Source of the DNA: a virus
Length of the DNA: 36,440 bases
IMG/VR virus record: IMGVR_UViG_3300045993_000165
Location: 1-36,440 of that record
Direction: 5' to 3' (one strand)
The notes under the pieces were generated by a model. It saw nothing but the letters and a program-made list of their open reading frames with translations. It made no database searches and had not been told where the DNA came from. Each line of letters opens with the position of its first letter. The first letter of the stretch is position 1. The position numbers and the translations under genes are program-made. Positions 14,883 to 25,180 of this stretch are shown here, in pieces.

Positions 14883-15108
14883 CGTTTGATACTAATTTAA
14901 TTTTACCACTTTTAATCGCATTATACAGTTCATCTAGTTTTTGAGCCTTGTATATTAAGTTTAGGTGCCTGCGATCTTTAACCTTATCTATTTCGTTAGG
15001 ACTCATCCCCATATGCAATGCATAGTGGCGAAGTTGTTCTAATATCTTCGGTTGTTCGTTTATATCCTCGAACTCAGGGCAAACATTTCTTATATCGTGT
15101 CTTGACAT
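14875..15108 (-). CDS. Hypothetical protein (77 aa)
   Basis: The tracked start at 15126 is a TTG. The ATG at 15108 has a GAGGAA RBS and avoids overlap with the upstream stop at 15110-15112. Confidence 0.55.
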   Translation of the reverse strand: MSRHDIRNVCPEFEDINEQPKILEQLRHYALHMGMSPNEIDKVKDRRHLNLIYKAQKLDELYNAIKSGKIKLVSNDE

Positions 15109-15109
15109 A

Positions 15110-17197
15110 TTATTTCCTCTTACCAATCCAGTATAGCACTGGCTCGATTATATTTCGTAGTAACTTATGTACGGGTCGTCTATATTTACCCATTAGTTCA
15201 GCCTGGATGTCTATCGTTCTGTTAACTGCGATATATTCAAGCATTTTCCTAACTTGTAAGTGTGACCAGCCGTTACCTTGCTTGTATGCATAATCAACAA
15301 GTGGTAGAAACACTCTATGATATCCTACTTGATGCTCAGGTTTTAAGTGCGTAACTGCATACTTGATCCACACTTTGTTTTCAGTATATGGTAAGCCGTA
15401 TAGATCATTCATTGCTGTGCAGATAATCTTTCCACCACCACCACCTTCGCCACCACCTTCACTTACTGAGCCGGACTGCCCTTCACTGGCTCCAACTGAT
15501 ACACTACCCGGGCTATCACCCGGTGCATCACCCGGACTTGCACTTACTGATGCACTTGCATTATCACCTGCATTACCACTTGATAAACCTACGTTGTCAG
15601 AGGTGCTTGCTGGTGCTGCACTTACTGCACCTGCTGCATCTAAGCCGCTTGTGGGTGCCATGCCTTCTGCTGCTGCTGCTGCATTTGCATCTGAGTTGGC
15701 TGCTACTGCTTCTGCCGAGTCTGCTGCATTGGCTGCATTAGTGGCTGCTGCATTTGCTGCGGCAGCATTTTCCCCTATGTTACCATCTGCTGTTGCTGCT
15801 CCGGAAGGACCTGCTGGACCAACTGCTCCTGGCTGGCCATTTGTTGCCATTGAGTTGCTTATTGCTTGCCCTATCGCTGAACCAACAATAGAACCAATAG
15901 GGCCTGCAATGGCGCCGCCAATAGTACCACCAATGGTAGCACCGGTAGAAATGCCGTCACCCACTACTGCGCCGGTCATTGCATCACCTATTGTTGAACC
16001 TATACCTGTTGTGCTTACTCCATTAATACCTAATGCACCCGCTATACCGCTTGTTGCACCTAAACCACTAGTTTCACCTGAACTTGTGTTACCACCTGCT
16101 GGACCAACAGACTCACCCGGACCTATACCACCCTCACCTTGTGTTGGTGTAGTAACTGGTGTTCCACTTGAGGAAGGGCCTGTAATAATGCCTGTAGCGG
16201 GGTCATATCTGCGACCATCAGCCATTAGCACTAATTCACTGTCCGGTGTAACTACAGGTGGTGTAGTAACTGGAGGCTCAGTAACTACAGGAGGTGTAAC
16301 TGTAGTGGTTGGATTAGCAGCATTGTAACTTGCTAATAAATCAACCATTTTCTGGTATGCAGTTTCATTTGCAGTATTTGCTGTTGTTTGTTGTTGGTCA
16401 AACTGTGTCTGCTGGTTAGCGTTACTTGCTGCGAGTTGCGCTAAAAACGCGTCTGTTGCTGCCTGTTGCGTGGCTGCATTATTATCTATCACTGCTTGTG
16501 CTGCGGCAGCATCTTCTGCTGTTTTTGCTGCTGCTTTATCAACATTTTGTTGATCGATAAGTTTGCTCAATGCTGCTTGTTTATCAGCCACTTGCTTTTG
16601 TGCATCAGTTACCAATGCCTGATTAGTAGTGGATGCAGTATTAAACGTTGTATTGAGTGGTGCCACATTGTTTGCTGCTGTTGCTACTTGATTATAGGCA
16701 GGCATAGTGTTCTGCATAAGGAACTGATCTAAGTTTAATGCGCCTGTGCTGGTATCCTTATTAGAGATATCACCTATCATCTGTGTTCTACCACCAACTG
16801 TACTTGCTCTATCTGCTTCTGTATTTGCAGCATTTAGGCTATTGAGTGCAGTGGTGCCTTGATCACTTGATGCCCAACTTGTTGGACCAGTATATGTGCT
16901 CTTCTGTGTCTTGCTTGGATCAGCAGCATCTGGGTTGAATATATTTGTGCCAGTTGATACTTTATTAGCAAACTCGTTGCTTGAAGTTGTTAGTGCATTT
17001 TGTGCTGCATCAGTTACAGAGTTAATGTTGCCTGCTACTTGTGTTCCAAGTGATTGTGCACCACCTTGGTTGGCATCTAAATACTTCTGTAAGTTATTGA
17101 ATGTACCTTGCTTTTGTGCATTGGGATCAATGCCGTTGGTTTGACCAGTAGTTTCTGTCTGATCATCAAGCGGATTCCATTTTTGAACGTATGCCAT
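15110..17197 (-). CDS. Large low-complexity virion protein with a conserved-looking Cys-initiated C-terminal globular domain
   Basis: 695 aa: a Q/N/T/A-rich N-terminal half, a PVVT repeat, a long G/A/S tract ending in GGGEGGGGGK, then IICTAMNDLYGLPYTENKVWIKY... Confidence 0.45.
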   Translation of the reverse strand: MAYVQKWNPLDDQTETTGQTNGIDPNAQKQGTFNNLQKYLDANQGGAQSLGTQVAGNINSVTDAAQNALTTSSNEFANKVSTGTNIFNPDAADPSKTQKSTYTGPTSWASSDQGTTALNSLNAANTEADRASTVGGRTQMIGDISNKDTSTGALNLDQFLMQNTMPAYNQVATAANNVAPLNTTFNTASTTNQALVTDAQKQVADKQAALSKLIDQQNVDKAAAKTAEDAAAAQAVIDNNAATQQAATDAFLAQLAASNANQQTQFDQQQTTANTANETAYQKMVDLLASYNAANPTTTVTPPVVTEPPVTTPPVVTPDSELVLMADGRRYDPATGIITGPSSSGTPVTTPTQGEGGIGPGESVGPAGGNTSSGETSGLGATSGIAGALGINGVSTTGIGSTIGDAMTGAVVGDGISTGATIGGTIGGAIAGPIGSIVGSAIGQAISNSMATNGQPGAVGPAGPSGAATADGNIGENAAAANAAATNAANAADSAEAVAANSDANAAAAAEGMAPTSGLDAAGAVSAAPASTSDNVGLSSGNAGDNASASVSASPGDAPGDSPGSVSVGASEGQSGSVSEGGGEGGGGGKIICTAMNDLYGLPYTENKVWIKYAVTHLKPEHQVGYHRVFLPLVDYAYKQGNGWSHLQVRKMLEYIAVNRTIDIQAELMGKYRRPVHKLLRNIIEPVLYWIGKRK

Positions 17198-17611
17198 TTA
17201 TACCACCAAGAAAGTTATGTTATAGGTAGAAGTTACTTCTAACCCGTGTATGTAGTTAATAGTTATTGTTGGTGGATTCACATTCTTATTGATAGTCCAT
17301 GTAATCACCGCACCTGTATATACTGCTGCACCACTTGTTTTATTAATAGAACCTATTATACAGCAATCAGGGATACCACCACCTGTATATGTAAATGTGA
17401 TAGGAGTAAATCCGCCTGTTGCATAGTCAGATAATGTAGTAAAACTCGTAGTGTATTTCATTCCTTGCACGTTTTGACCAATCACTAAGTTCTTAGTGAG
17501 TGTCTGCACAACAGTTTCACAAAACACATTCAGAGAGGCAAACATGCCACCAAGCCAACTAGGTGCAGTTGGATAATCTGCTGCTGCAAAGCGTCTAAAT
17601 ACAGGTAACAT
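17198..17611 (-). CDS. Hypothetical structural protein (137 aa)
   Basis: TAATG coupling to the upstream gene; beta-rich composition. Confidence 0.5.
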   Translation of the reverse strand: MLPVFRRFAAADYPTAPSWLGGMFASLNVFCETVVQTLTKNLVIGQNVQGMKYTTSFTTLSDYATGGFTPITFTYTGGGIPDCCIIGSINKTSGAAVYTGAVITWTINKNVNPPTITINYIHGLEVTSTYNITFLVV

Positions 17612-20184
17612 TATTTCTGCCTTGTGCTCGTTGTTACATAGCGGATATCTAAGCCTGACCAGCCAAACTTAGTAAAACATTCAGCATTAGCAATATTGAC
17701 ATACAACCAACCTGCACGTTGTACCTTTTGTGGTATAATGCGTCTAATCTTACCTTGCACTACTTGCTCTCCACCCCATACAGAGGCGCCCCAAATATCA
17801 ATACCCCAGCCACCTGAGTTAACAGGTACCAAAGTGTCTATATATGGATTACTAATAGTATTGCTTGAAATGCCAGCAGTTAAACTACTGAAACTCTGTT
17901 CAGTGAATATGTATATGATTTCAGTAAACTGCTTATTCATACCTGGGTTTTGACAGTCAATCTGCACTGTTTGCACATCTGTGTATATAGGTGTGTATAG
18001 TGTTACATCACCTGCTGCCCAATCAGGAAATGCATCAAGCACTAATGTAGTGAAACTAGCATCGCTTGTTACTGCCATAATGCGTGCTTGTGCGCTTGTA
18101 GATACTTGTTTAATGGACCAACCTACTGCTACATCAACACCTGTTGGTAATGCTGGATTAGCAATAACAACAACATTTGATCTACCAGTTGTAGTGGTAG
18201 TAGTGCTGTATTGGTTATCTGCATAGTCATCAATAGTAAAGTCTTTTCGTTCTTTGTAGACATAACTGTTGTTTGTACCAGGTGCTGAACCTTCCAAACT
18301 ACCAAGATACATTTTACCGTCTTGCTTGAATATCAACCCGCAACTTACCCCAAGTGTCCATCTAGTCCAAACTTGAGTTAAGTGGTTATACACATATTGT
18401 TGGGTTGCCTGTGTATCGGCAGCATCTGTCGGCATAGCAAGTATATACTTTCGTGCGGATTGATAAGCGATACCCCACGCTGCTTGAGTCAGGTTGGGGA
18501 ATAATGTAGGAGAGGTGTTCTCGATAATAGTTTTATCTAATAGGAACGACATAATCTGTGCATCAGAATCACTTAGTGCCACCACACCCTGATCTGATAA
18601 GAAATACACTTTATTGTCTAGTTCTGCGGCAGTATTGTCTGCCAATATACGAACGTTGTAGTCGATTGGAGTTATAGTGAATGGTGGAGCCGCATTACTA
18701 ATACGGAATACACCATCGTCTTTAAGTACCATAACGCCGTCTCGTAGTGGTACTATCCGTCTAATAGGCTGATTTGCACTACCTATCTCAATATAGTTTA
18801 CAACAGGAACTGCTTCTGGCTGGTTGAACTTGCTATAATATATTCTATTTGGGCGGGCATCATTTGTACTCGTGATAGGTAGTGCCTGTTCCCAGCATAG
18901 ATTGTTACTTGTTGTAATAGTGAATGTATCTGCTGTAAGTGAAAGTCTATCAAACCTTAACTGTCCTGGTAAATCGTTCGTTGATGACACATAATAACCA
19001 GTTACAAGTGTATTTCCTGCAAATCCATTAGCAACTAATGCTATGTTTGATGCAGTTACTTGGATATCATATCCCGGATTGCCTGTATTGCTTACTTGAA
19101 ACTGCCCTAGTGCGTCATTATTAGCGCCACCTATCGCTGTAAGTGCAAAACTAGTACCACCAAACTCATTTGCAGTAAAAGTAATAGTGTCACCTGGTAC
19201 AATGGCATTTGCGCCATTGGATGCACCTGCACTAATCAGTGTAATATTGGCAGTTTGTAATGTGCGAGTGTTGGCATAGAAAGCATATTGCTTGAATGTG
19301 CATATATCCATTGCCCACGGAGGTCTAAAGTTACTTTGTAAAATACCATCTTGCCCTTGATTTGTGTATAATGCAGCACCCGTAGCAAGTGCAACAGGGG
19401 TAATATCATCCACTGTTATAGTTGCTGTACCAGTACATACATCTTCATATACAAGTGACATTTCGTCATCTGGAACACTTGTTAAGTTAGGGCTGGCATT
19501 TCCTCTATATAACTGGTATATAAAGTTTGTTGGGTTCAGTTGTACTTCTTTTGGTAGTTGAAATGTTACTTCTGCATTTGTAGCATTGCCTGTGTTGTTT
19601 ACAACAACAATTCTACTCGATGGGGCACCTAATACCAACTGGTTATTATAGTCTCTATACCCAAATACCACTCGATATGCTACCGATGTAGTATCAGGTA
19701 AAAAGCCAGTAACACCTAAAGCGGTGCCAGTCCCACTTAAACCAGGTGGGCTACCTGCTGGGCGTGGGCTACCTGCTGTATTATCAAGTCTATATGTACC
19801 ATCACGTGTAATAAAGTAGAAGTTCTTGTTTGTTTCAATACCACGTACTCTACTTGCTGCATTTGTTGGTGCAGGTACAGGATAATCACCCGAATATGTT
19901 GTAAAAACACCATCAGAGTTTATATCAACCATCATATTACCGTTGGTTGTGTTGATTAGTTTAGTGTTGTTATACTGAAGTATGCTACTAACGCCGTCAC
20001 CCTCTAATGTATAGAAACTATTGTCGAATCCACGACGTGTTTCTACTACAGATGGCCTATCAATCACTACATTATCGGCAATAGATAATGCACCTTGTGG
20101 TGCATTATTACCAAAAGTAGACGGATTTAGTATTAATCCGTGTATTGCTAGTTGAATACTCGATGGAGTATTTGCATCAGACAT
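17611..20184 (-). CDS. Large virion/tail protein (857 aa), possibly tail tubular B/nozzle-like by size and order
   Basis: The tracked start at 20199 is a TTG. The ATG at 20184 forms a TAATG junction with the upstream stop. No diagnostic motif was recognised. Confidence 0.35.
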   Translation of the reverse strand: MSDANTPSSIQLAIHGLILNPSTFGNNAPQGALSIADNVVIDRPSVVETRRGFDNSFYTLEGDGVSSILQYNNTKLINTTNGNMMVDINSDGVFTTYSGDYPVPAPTNAASRVRGIETNKNFYFITRDGTYRLDNTAGSPRPAGSPPGLSGTGTALGVTGFLPDTTSVAYRVVFGYRDYNNQLVLGAPSSRIVVVNNTGNATNAEVTFQLPKEVQLNPTNFIYQLYRGNASPNLTSVPDDEMSLVYEDVCTGTATITVDDITPVALATGAALYTNQGQDGILQSNFRPPWAMDICTFKQYAFYANTRTLQTANITLISAGASNGANAIVPGDTITFTANEFGGTSFALTAIGGANNDALGQFQVSNTGNPGYDIQVTASNIALVANGFAGNTLVTGYYVSSTNDLPGQLRFDRLSLTADTFTITTSNNLCWEQALPITSTNDARPNRIYYSKFNQPEAVPVVNYIEIGSANQPIRRIVPLRDGVMVLKDDGVFRISNAAPPFTITPIDYNVRILADNTAAELDNKVYFLSDQGVVALSDSDAQIMSFLLDKTIIENTSPTLFPNLTQAAWGIAYQSARKYILAMPTDAADTQATQQYVYNHLTQVWTRWTLGVSCGLIFKQDGKMYLGSLEGSAPGTNNSYVYKERKDFTIDDYADNQYSTTTTTTGRSNVVVIANPALPTGVDVAVGWSIKQVSTSAQARIMAVTSDASFTTLVLDAFPDWAAGDVTLYTPIYTDVQTVQIDCQNPGMNKQFTEIIYIFTEQSFSSLTAGISSNTISNPYIDTLVPVNSGGWGIDIWGASVWGGEQVVQGKIRRIIPQKVQRAGWLYVNIANAECFTKFGWSGLDIRYVTTSTRQK

Positions 20185-21215
20185 TACCAACGCCCCCAAG
20201 ATGAGCCTTTACTTGCTCTAAATGCACTGTTTGTTGGTATTAACTTGATTGGCTTGCCAACTACTCGTGGTGCAATCATCAATAATGCCATTTTAATCAT
20301 ACTATTGTATGTGTCTTCTGCTGTTTTCTGTCCTGTTCTATCACCTGCTGACTCAAGCACCATTGTCGCTGCTTTCTGTACCAGCACTGGTAATAAGTCT
20401 TTTGGTATGTTTTGTGCAAAAACACTGGTACCTCGTGGGCAAATCCAGTCACCTGCTACAATATTTGCACCTGTACCAGCCGGCAATGTGATAATATTTG
20501 AAACGCAGTTAACAAGTGTAGCATTGTGTATTGGTGCATAACTTGTATATACTGTGGTTGCAACTGATGCATCTTGAACATAGTCGTGTGGTAGATCACC
20601 ACTTATTGCACAAACTCTAGTAAAACCTGCATACCACGGAAGCACCTTATCTAATGTGCATACATCACCGGTAATACTAACCACCATACCAGCATCAGTA
20701 GTTAAGCACAGATCAGCAGGAGGGCGTTGATAGGTAATACGAACTATTTTGCCACTTGCAAGTCCATACGGAAATATTTGCAGTTGATTTCCTTGTAAGT
20801 AAAAGCCACCAACATATTGGTTGTTCATTTGTGGTAATACAACCAATGCATTACCGAAACTGAGTGCGGCTGCTTGTGTAGGTGTTAGTCTTGGCACATT
20901 ATAAAAACTGCCGTCTGTACCAACTATATACACATCACGCAGACGTAAACCACTGGATTCACCGGGTACCATTACCCAGTTTTTAACATTTGTGGGTGGG
21001 CTACCTGCTGGATACGTAGGTATAACAGGCATTTGAGTGTCCATTGTTACTACGAAATGCTCTTCTAGTGTGGCTTCTATAGCAGGTACTATAAATCCTT
21101 TCAGTGCTTGGTCTAAAAAGTTGAGTAATACATCGTCAGAATATGCAGCACCACTGTCTGGTATTGTTTCTCGTTGCTTTACTAACTCGATGAGTCCTAA
21201 AGTTGTATCATCCAT
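20184..21215 (-). CDS. Virion protein (343 aa), possibly adaptor/tail tubular A-like by order
   Basis: AAGGAG RBS. The call is positional only. Confidence 0.3.
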   Translation of the reverse strand: MDDTTLGLIELVKQRETIPDSGAAYSDDVLLNFLDQALKGFIVPAIEATLEEHFVVTMDTQMPVIPTYPAGSPPTNVKNWVMVPGESSGLRLRDVYIVGTDGSFYNVPRLTPTQAAALSFGNALVVLPQMNNQYVGGFYLQGNQLQIFPYGLASGKIVRITYQRPPADLCLTTDAGMVVSITGDVCTLDKVLPWYAGFTRVCAISGDLPHDYVQDASVATTVYTSYAPIHNATLVNCVSNIITLPAGTGANIVAGDWICPRGTSVFAQNIPKDLLPVLVQKAATMVLESAGDRTGQKTAEDTYNSMIKMALLMIAPRVVGKPIKLIPTNSAFRASKGSSWGRW

Positions 21216-21226
21216 TTATGGACTCC

Positions 21227-21451
21227 TTATTTGCTGGCAAGAAACTCTTTTAATGAAAGTTTTTTACCTACCTTTTCTTCGTCGTCTTCGTCTGCTACTT
21301 CGTCAGTAGGTTCGGAAACTTCTTCACTTTCGTCTTCCTCTACAAGACTAGGTTTTTCTTCTTTTGGGCCGAACTTCTTGCCGTCCTCACCAAGCATAAA
21401 TGCCTTAAGCATATCTAATACTTGTTTTTTCATTTCTATTTCGTTTGACAT
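21227..21451 (-). CDS. Small, highly acidic protein (74 aa)
   Basis: GAGGAA RBS and an acidic tract, VEEDESEEVSEPTDEVADEDDEE. Confidence 0.6.
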   Translation of the reverse strand: MSNEIEMKKQVLDMLKAFMLGEDGKKFGPKEEKPSLVEEDESEEVSEPTDEVADEDDEEKVGKKLSLKEFLASK

Positions 21452-21482
21452 AATGTTTCCTCTACTTATTTAGTTGATTATT

Positions 21483-23552
21483 TTATCTTAGTTCTGACCA
21501 GTAACTTATACCCGAGGCTGAAGTAACTTTATATGTGTATCCGGCCGGTACTATAAATGACGGAGTTACAGTAATATTAACTGCACCAACAGAAAACATT
21601 GTTGTTCCATTAACTATAATTGTTGTTCCGGAGTTACTATCACAAATAACCATAACTTGAATCGGTTTCGATGTGCTGTTTGTATATGTGGTGCCCGATG
21701 TTCTTGATGCTGTTAAGTTCGACCAAGATTGACCAACACCTACTCCTTGAGCATTAGTACAGTTTGATAAATCACCACTGCTCGGTGTACCTAGCACGCC
21801 ACCCGGTGAATACTTGGCGTTGAATAAACTCCAATCAGCCGCTGTTAAGGCACCGCGATTGGTTGCATTAGCAGTTGGAACATTTAATGTAATAACTGGT
21901 GTGGTAGTGCTATTTGCTACAGTTGATGTAATATTAACACCTGTTGAACCAATAGTTAGTGCAGCCACAGAAGTTACTGTGCCTGACCCGCCTGTTCCAC
22001 TTGCTGCTGCTGTAATGCGTCCTTTGCTATCAACTGTTATACTTGCATTAGTATAACTGCCTGGAGAAACTGTTGTATTTGCTAATGTAAGCGGTATACC
22101 TGTAGTGCCTGTTCCAGTAGCATCACCGCTTACTGTAATATTTTGATTACCTACAATATACCCTGTGTTTGACGCAGCATATACAATGCCTTTGGCAGAT
22201 ACAGAAACTGTATTATAGGTGCCTGCTGCTACACCACTTGCCGCTAATGTTGCTGCAAAAGTGCCTGTACCTGTACCTGTTACATCACCTGTCAACGTAA
22301 TAGTTTGAGGTGTTCCACTTGCTACTGCTGTAATGCGTCCTTTGCTATCAACTGTTAAACTGCTATGTGTATATGAGCCGGGTGTCACTGCTGTATTTGC
22401 TAATGTTGTTGCAAAAGTACCGGTGCCACCACCTGTTACATCACCAGTTAATACAATAGATTGGTCACCTGTGTTTGACCCGCTTGCTGTACCGCTAATA
22501 TTACTACCTGTGACTGTTCCACTTGCTGCCACACTTGTTGGAGTGATTGCACCTAGTCCTATTGATATATTGGGTGTAGTGGTAGCAGTTGCTACAGAAG
22601 CAGTGACTCCGTTACTTGGTGTAACTGCAACACTTGTTACAGAACCTGCACCGGGAAATGCTGCCCAGGAAGTATCTGCTCCGTCTGTGATAAGAACTTT
22701 GCCAGCGTTAGTGGCCTGAGATGGTGCAAGTGCATTAAATGATGCATTTGCAGTAGTCTGTCCTGTTCCACCTAAAGCAATCGGTACTGTTACTGCTAAA
22801 GTTGTTGTGAAACTTCCTGTTCCACTACCAGTTACATCGCCAGTTAACGTTATTGTCTGATCACCTGTGTTTGTGTTAGAACTAGTGCCGCTATGAGTAC
22901 CACTCAAGTTACTACCAGTTACTGTTCCCACTGCTGCTACACTCGCGGGGGTGATTGCACCGAGTGTCAGTTCTAAAGTAGGTGTCACTGTAGGGTCAGT
23001 TACTACACCAGATACACCATTTGCATTAGTGAAGGTAAAACCAACTACAGATCCACCTGATCCACCACCGCTTGCACCCCATTTAAGCCCTGTCGGGGAT
23101 GAACTATCAGCGGTTAAAACTAAGCCATTTGCACCGACAGGCAATCTATCATTAATAGTGCTGAATGTGTATAAATCACCTTTGGTGGTAAGTGGACTAC
23201 CACCTGCACCACCCGAGCCGATAGGACTACCAGCAAAGTAGAGTTCATTACCGACTATTGAAAGTTGTAGGTCACCCGAGTTCAACGAGTTTCTCCAAGT
23301 AATAGAATCTGTATTTGAAAGTCTTAGTACACCAGTTTCTGCTGTCTGTATTGATGCTGATCTAAAGAACGGTGCTCTTAGACCATTTGCATTACCAAAG
23401 TCTACATCATTTGTAAGTGTAAATGTTCCGCCAGATAAGGTTAGAGACCCGCTTGCTAATGCAGTTAGGTAGTTTGTAACTGATTGCCCCCATCCTCTTT
23501 CACCTGTTACAGGGATAATGTATGGTAGGCCGTTGTATATTACTGTTGACAT
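21483..23552 (-). CDS. Tail fibre protein with phage-fibre repeats
   Basis: Four repeats of the type GDQ(T/S)I(T/V)LTGDVTG.GTG.F..TLA...V.PGSYT...(T/I)VDSKGRIT...SG. Confidence 0.75.
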   Translation of the reverse strand: MSTVIYNGLPYIIPVTGERGWGQSVTNYLTALASGSLTLSGGTFTLTNDVDFGNANGLRAPFFRSASIQTAETGVLRLSNTDSITWRNSLNSGDLQLSIVGNELYFAGSPIGSGGAGGSPLTTKGDLYTFSTINDRLPVGANGLVLTADSSSPTGLKWGASGGGSGGSVVGFTFTNANGVSGVVTDPTVTPTLELTLGAITPASVAAVGTVTGSNLSGTHSGTSSNTNTGDQTITLTGDVTGSGTGSFTTTLAVTVPIALGGTGQTTANASFNALAPSQATNAGKVLITDGADTSWAAFPGAGSVTSVAVTPSNGVTASVATATTTPNISIGLGAITPTSVAASGTVTGSNISGTASGSNTGDQSIVLTGDVTGGGTGTFATTLANTAVTPGSYTHSSLTVDSKGRITAVASGTPQTITLTGDVTGTGTGTFAATLAASGVAAGTYNTVSVSAKGIVYAASNTGYIVGNQNITVSGDATGTGTTGIPLTLANTTVSPGSYTNASITVDSKGRITAAASGTGGSGTVTSVAALTIGSTGVNITSTVANSTTTPVITLNVPTANATNRGALTAADWSLFNAKYSPGGVLGTPSSGDLSNCTNAQGVGVGQSWSNLTASRTSGTTYTNSTSKPIQVMVICDSNSGTTIIVNGTTMFSVGAVNITVTPSFIVPAGYTYKVTSASGISYWSELR

Positions 23553-23561
23553 TTTATTCCT

Positions 23562-25166
23562 TTAACCTAGTCTTGCTTCTACAGCATCTACTTTGGCTGA
23601 CAGTTCTTGGATTGCTTTTATCATTGGTCCAATCAGTTCTTCATATCCGATAGATAATGCATCATCACCGCCGCCTAGTTTATGATCTTGATACCCACCA
23701 AAGTCAACACCAAAGTGTTCCATTGCTTGCTTAACTTCTTGGGCAATAAGCCCGTGGTGTTTTCTATTACGAGTTTTACTACCATCATGAGTAAGGTTAG
23801 ACAGTTTAGATGCTTCAAGCCAGGAGTCAGTTCTGCTCTTAAATTGCTCGTCTGTTTCATCTACTTCCCTAATAGGTGCAGGAAGGCGATAATCTTCGCG
23901 CATATCCCACTTAAAGTCTACAGCACGTAAGAAGTTGATAAAGTCTAAACCTAGTGTGGTATCAGTAACATCTGCTTTGTCTCGAATATCTGAACGGTTC
24001 TGCAATGCACCATATGCATATGATGTAACAGCACTATTACCTAGTTGAAGTTGGCAACTACCTGTTACTGCAGAACACCAACCTATCGACGAGGAATTAA
24101 TAGTATTTAATGCTGTATAGAACGATTGCGGGCCGACTGCTGTATTACACGAACCAGTTGTTGTAAATTGCAATGCACCCATACCAAATCCTGCATTTTG
24201 ATTACCTGTGGTCAGGCTTCCGGCGGCTCTCCCTACTACTGTATTATTACTACCTACTGCACCTGTCATTGATGTATCACCTACTACAACATTACCATAA
24301 CCGGTAGTATTTTGATATAGTGTTCGCCACCCTATAGCAATATTTTGGCCGCCTGTGGTATTACTACACAAAGAGTAATACCCGATTCCTATGTTTGCAA
24401 GCCCTCCTGTATTCAAGGATAGACTTCTTTCACCTATTGCTACATTCCAACAACCGGATGTGTTTTTTTGTAGCGCACAATAACCAACTGCAATATTACT
24501 ATACCCTACTGTATTTTTCTCTAAGGCGCTAACACCAATCGCCACATTGTTAATACCTGTGGTAATATTATTAAGTGTTAGATATCCTAAACTTGTATTA
24601 AACGGTGTTGCGCTATTAGTGACACCTAGTAAACTACTGCCACCACCTGCACCACTGAATCCACTTGTACCTGTAGCACCAGATACGCCACTGTAACCGC
24701 TAGTGCCGACACCGGTAGCACCGCTGATACCACTATAGCCAGATGCACCTGTTACGCCATTTGAGCCACTTACACCACTATAGCCACTTGTACCTGCACC
24801 GGCCGGACCTGTAGCACCACTAATACCACTATAGCCAGATGCGCCTGTTACGCCATTTGAGCCACTTACACCACTATAGCCAGATGCGCCTGCTGCTCCA
24901 GTAGTGCCAGAATAGCCACTTACACCTGCTCCAGTAGCGCCTGAGTAGCCACTAGTGCCTGTACCGCTGTAACCGCTAGTTCCACTTGTTCCAGTAGTGC
25001 CAGAATAGCCACTTACACCATCTGCACCTATAGTTCCATTTGTGCCACTATAGCCAGAGACACCACTTACACCACCAGATGGCCCTATGGCTCCACTAAA
25101 CCCACTAAAACCGCTGTAGCCGGATATATACCCGCCACCCAGCAGATCATTTAAATATATTGCCAT
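23562..25166 (-). CDS. Tail fibre: collagen-like GXY region, Hep_Hag/YadA-head-like repeats and C-terminal peptidase-S74 intramolecular chaperone domain
   Basis: GYSGxSG triplet repeats over about 170 aa, then NN.AIG..AL..NTxG repeats. The C-terminus (nt 23562-23993) reads SDIRDK...DFKWD...GLIAQEV...IKAIQELSAKVDAVEARL. Confidence 0.8.
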   Translation of the reverse strand: MAIYLNDLLGGGYISGYSGFSGFSGAIGPSGGVSGVSGYSGTNGTIGADGVSGYSGTTGTSGTSGYSGTGTSGYSGATGAGVSGYSGTTGAAGASGYSGVSGSNGVTGASGYSGISGATGPAGAGTSGYSGVSGSNGVTGASGYSGISGATGVGTSGYSGVSGATGTSGFSGAGGGSSLLGVTNSATPFNTSLGYLTLNNITTGINNVAIGVSALEKNTVGYSNIAVGYCALQKNTSGCWNVAIGERSLSLNTGGLANIGIGYYSLCSNTTGGQNIAIGWRTLYQNTTGYGNVVVGDTSMTGAVGSNNTVVGRAAGSLTTGNQNAGFGMGALQFTTTGSCNTAVGPQSFYTALNTINSSSIGWCSAVTGSCQLQLGNSAVTSYAYGALQNRSDIRDKADVTDTTLGLDFINFLRAVDFKWDMREDYRLPAPIREVDETDEQFKSRTDSWLEASKLSNLTHDGSKTRNRKHHGLIAQEVKQAMEHFGVDFGGYQDHKLGGGDDALSIGYEELIGPMIKAIQELSAKVDAVEARLG

Positions 25167-25180
25167 CTGTTATCCTTAAG

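Noticed and set aside
15363-16328. 321-aa plus-strand ORF, plus many other 60-170-aa ORFs antisense to genes (for example 9913-10200, 11194-11700, 13289-14291, 22333-22719, 27044-27337, 29125-29415)
   Set aside because: These are shadow ORFs on the opposite strand of Ala/Gly/Ser-rich low-complexity genes. Their products are Pro/Leu/Ala-rich or Cys/Leu-rich nonsense, they have no RBS, and they are fully embedded in convincing genes.
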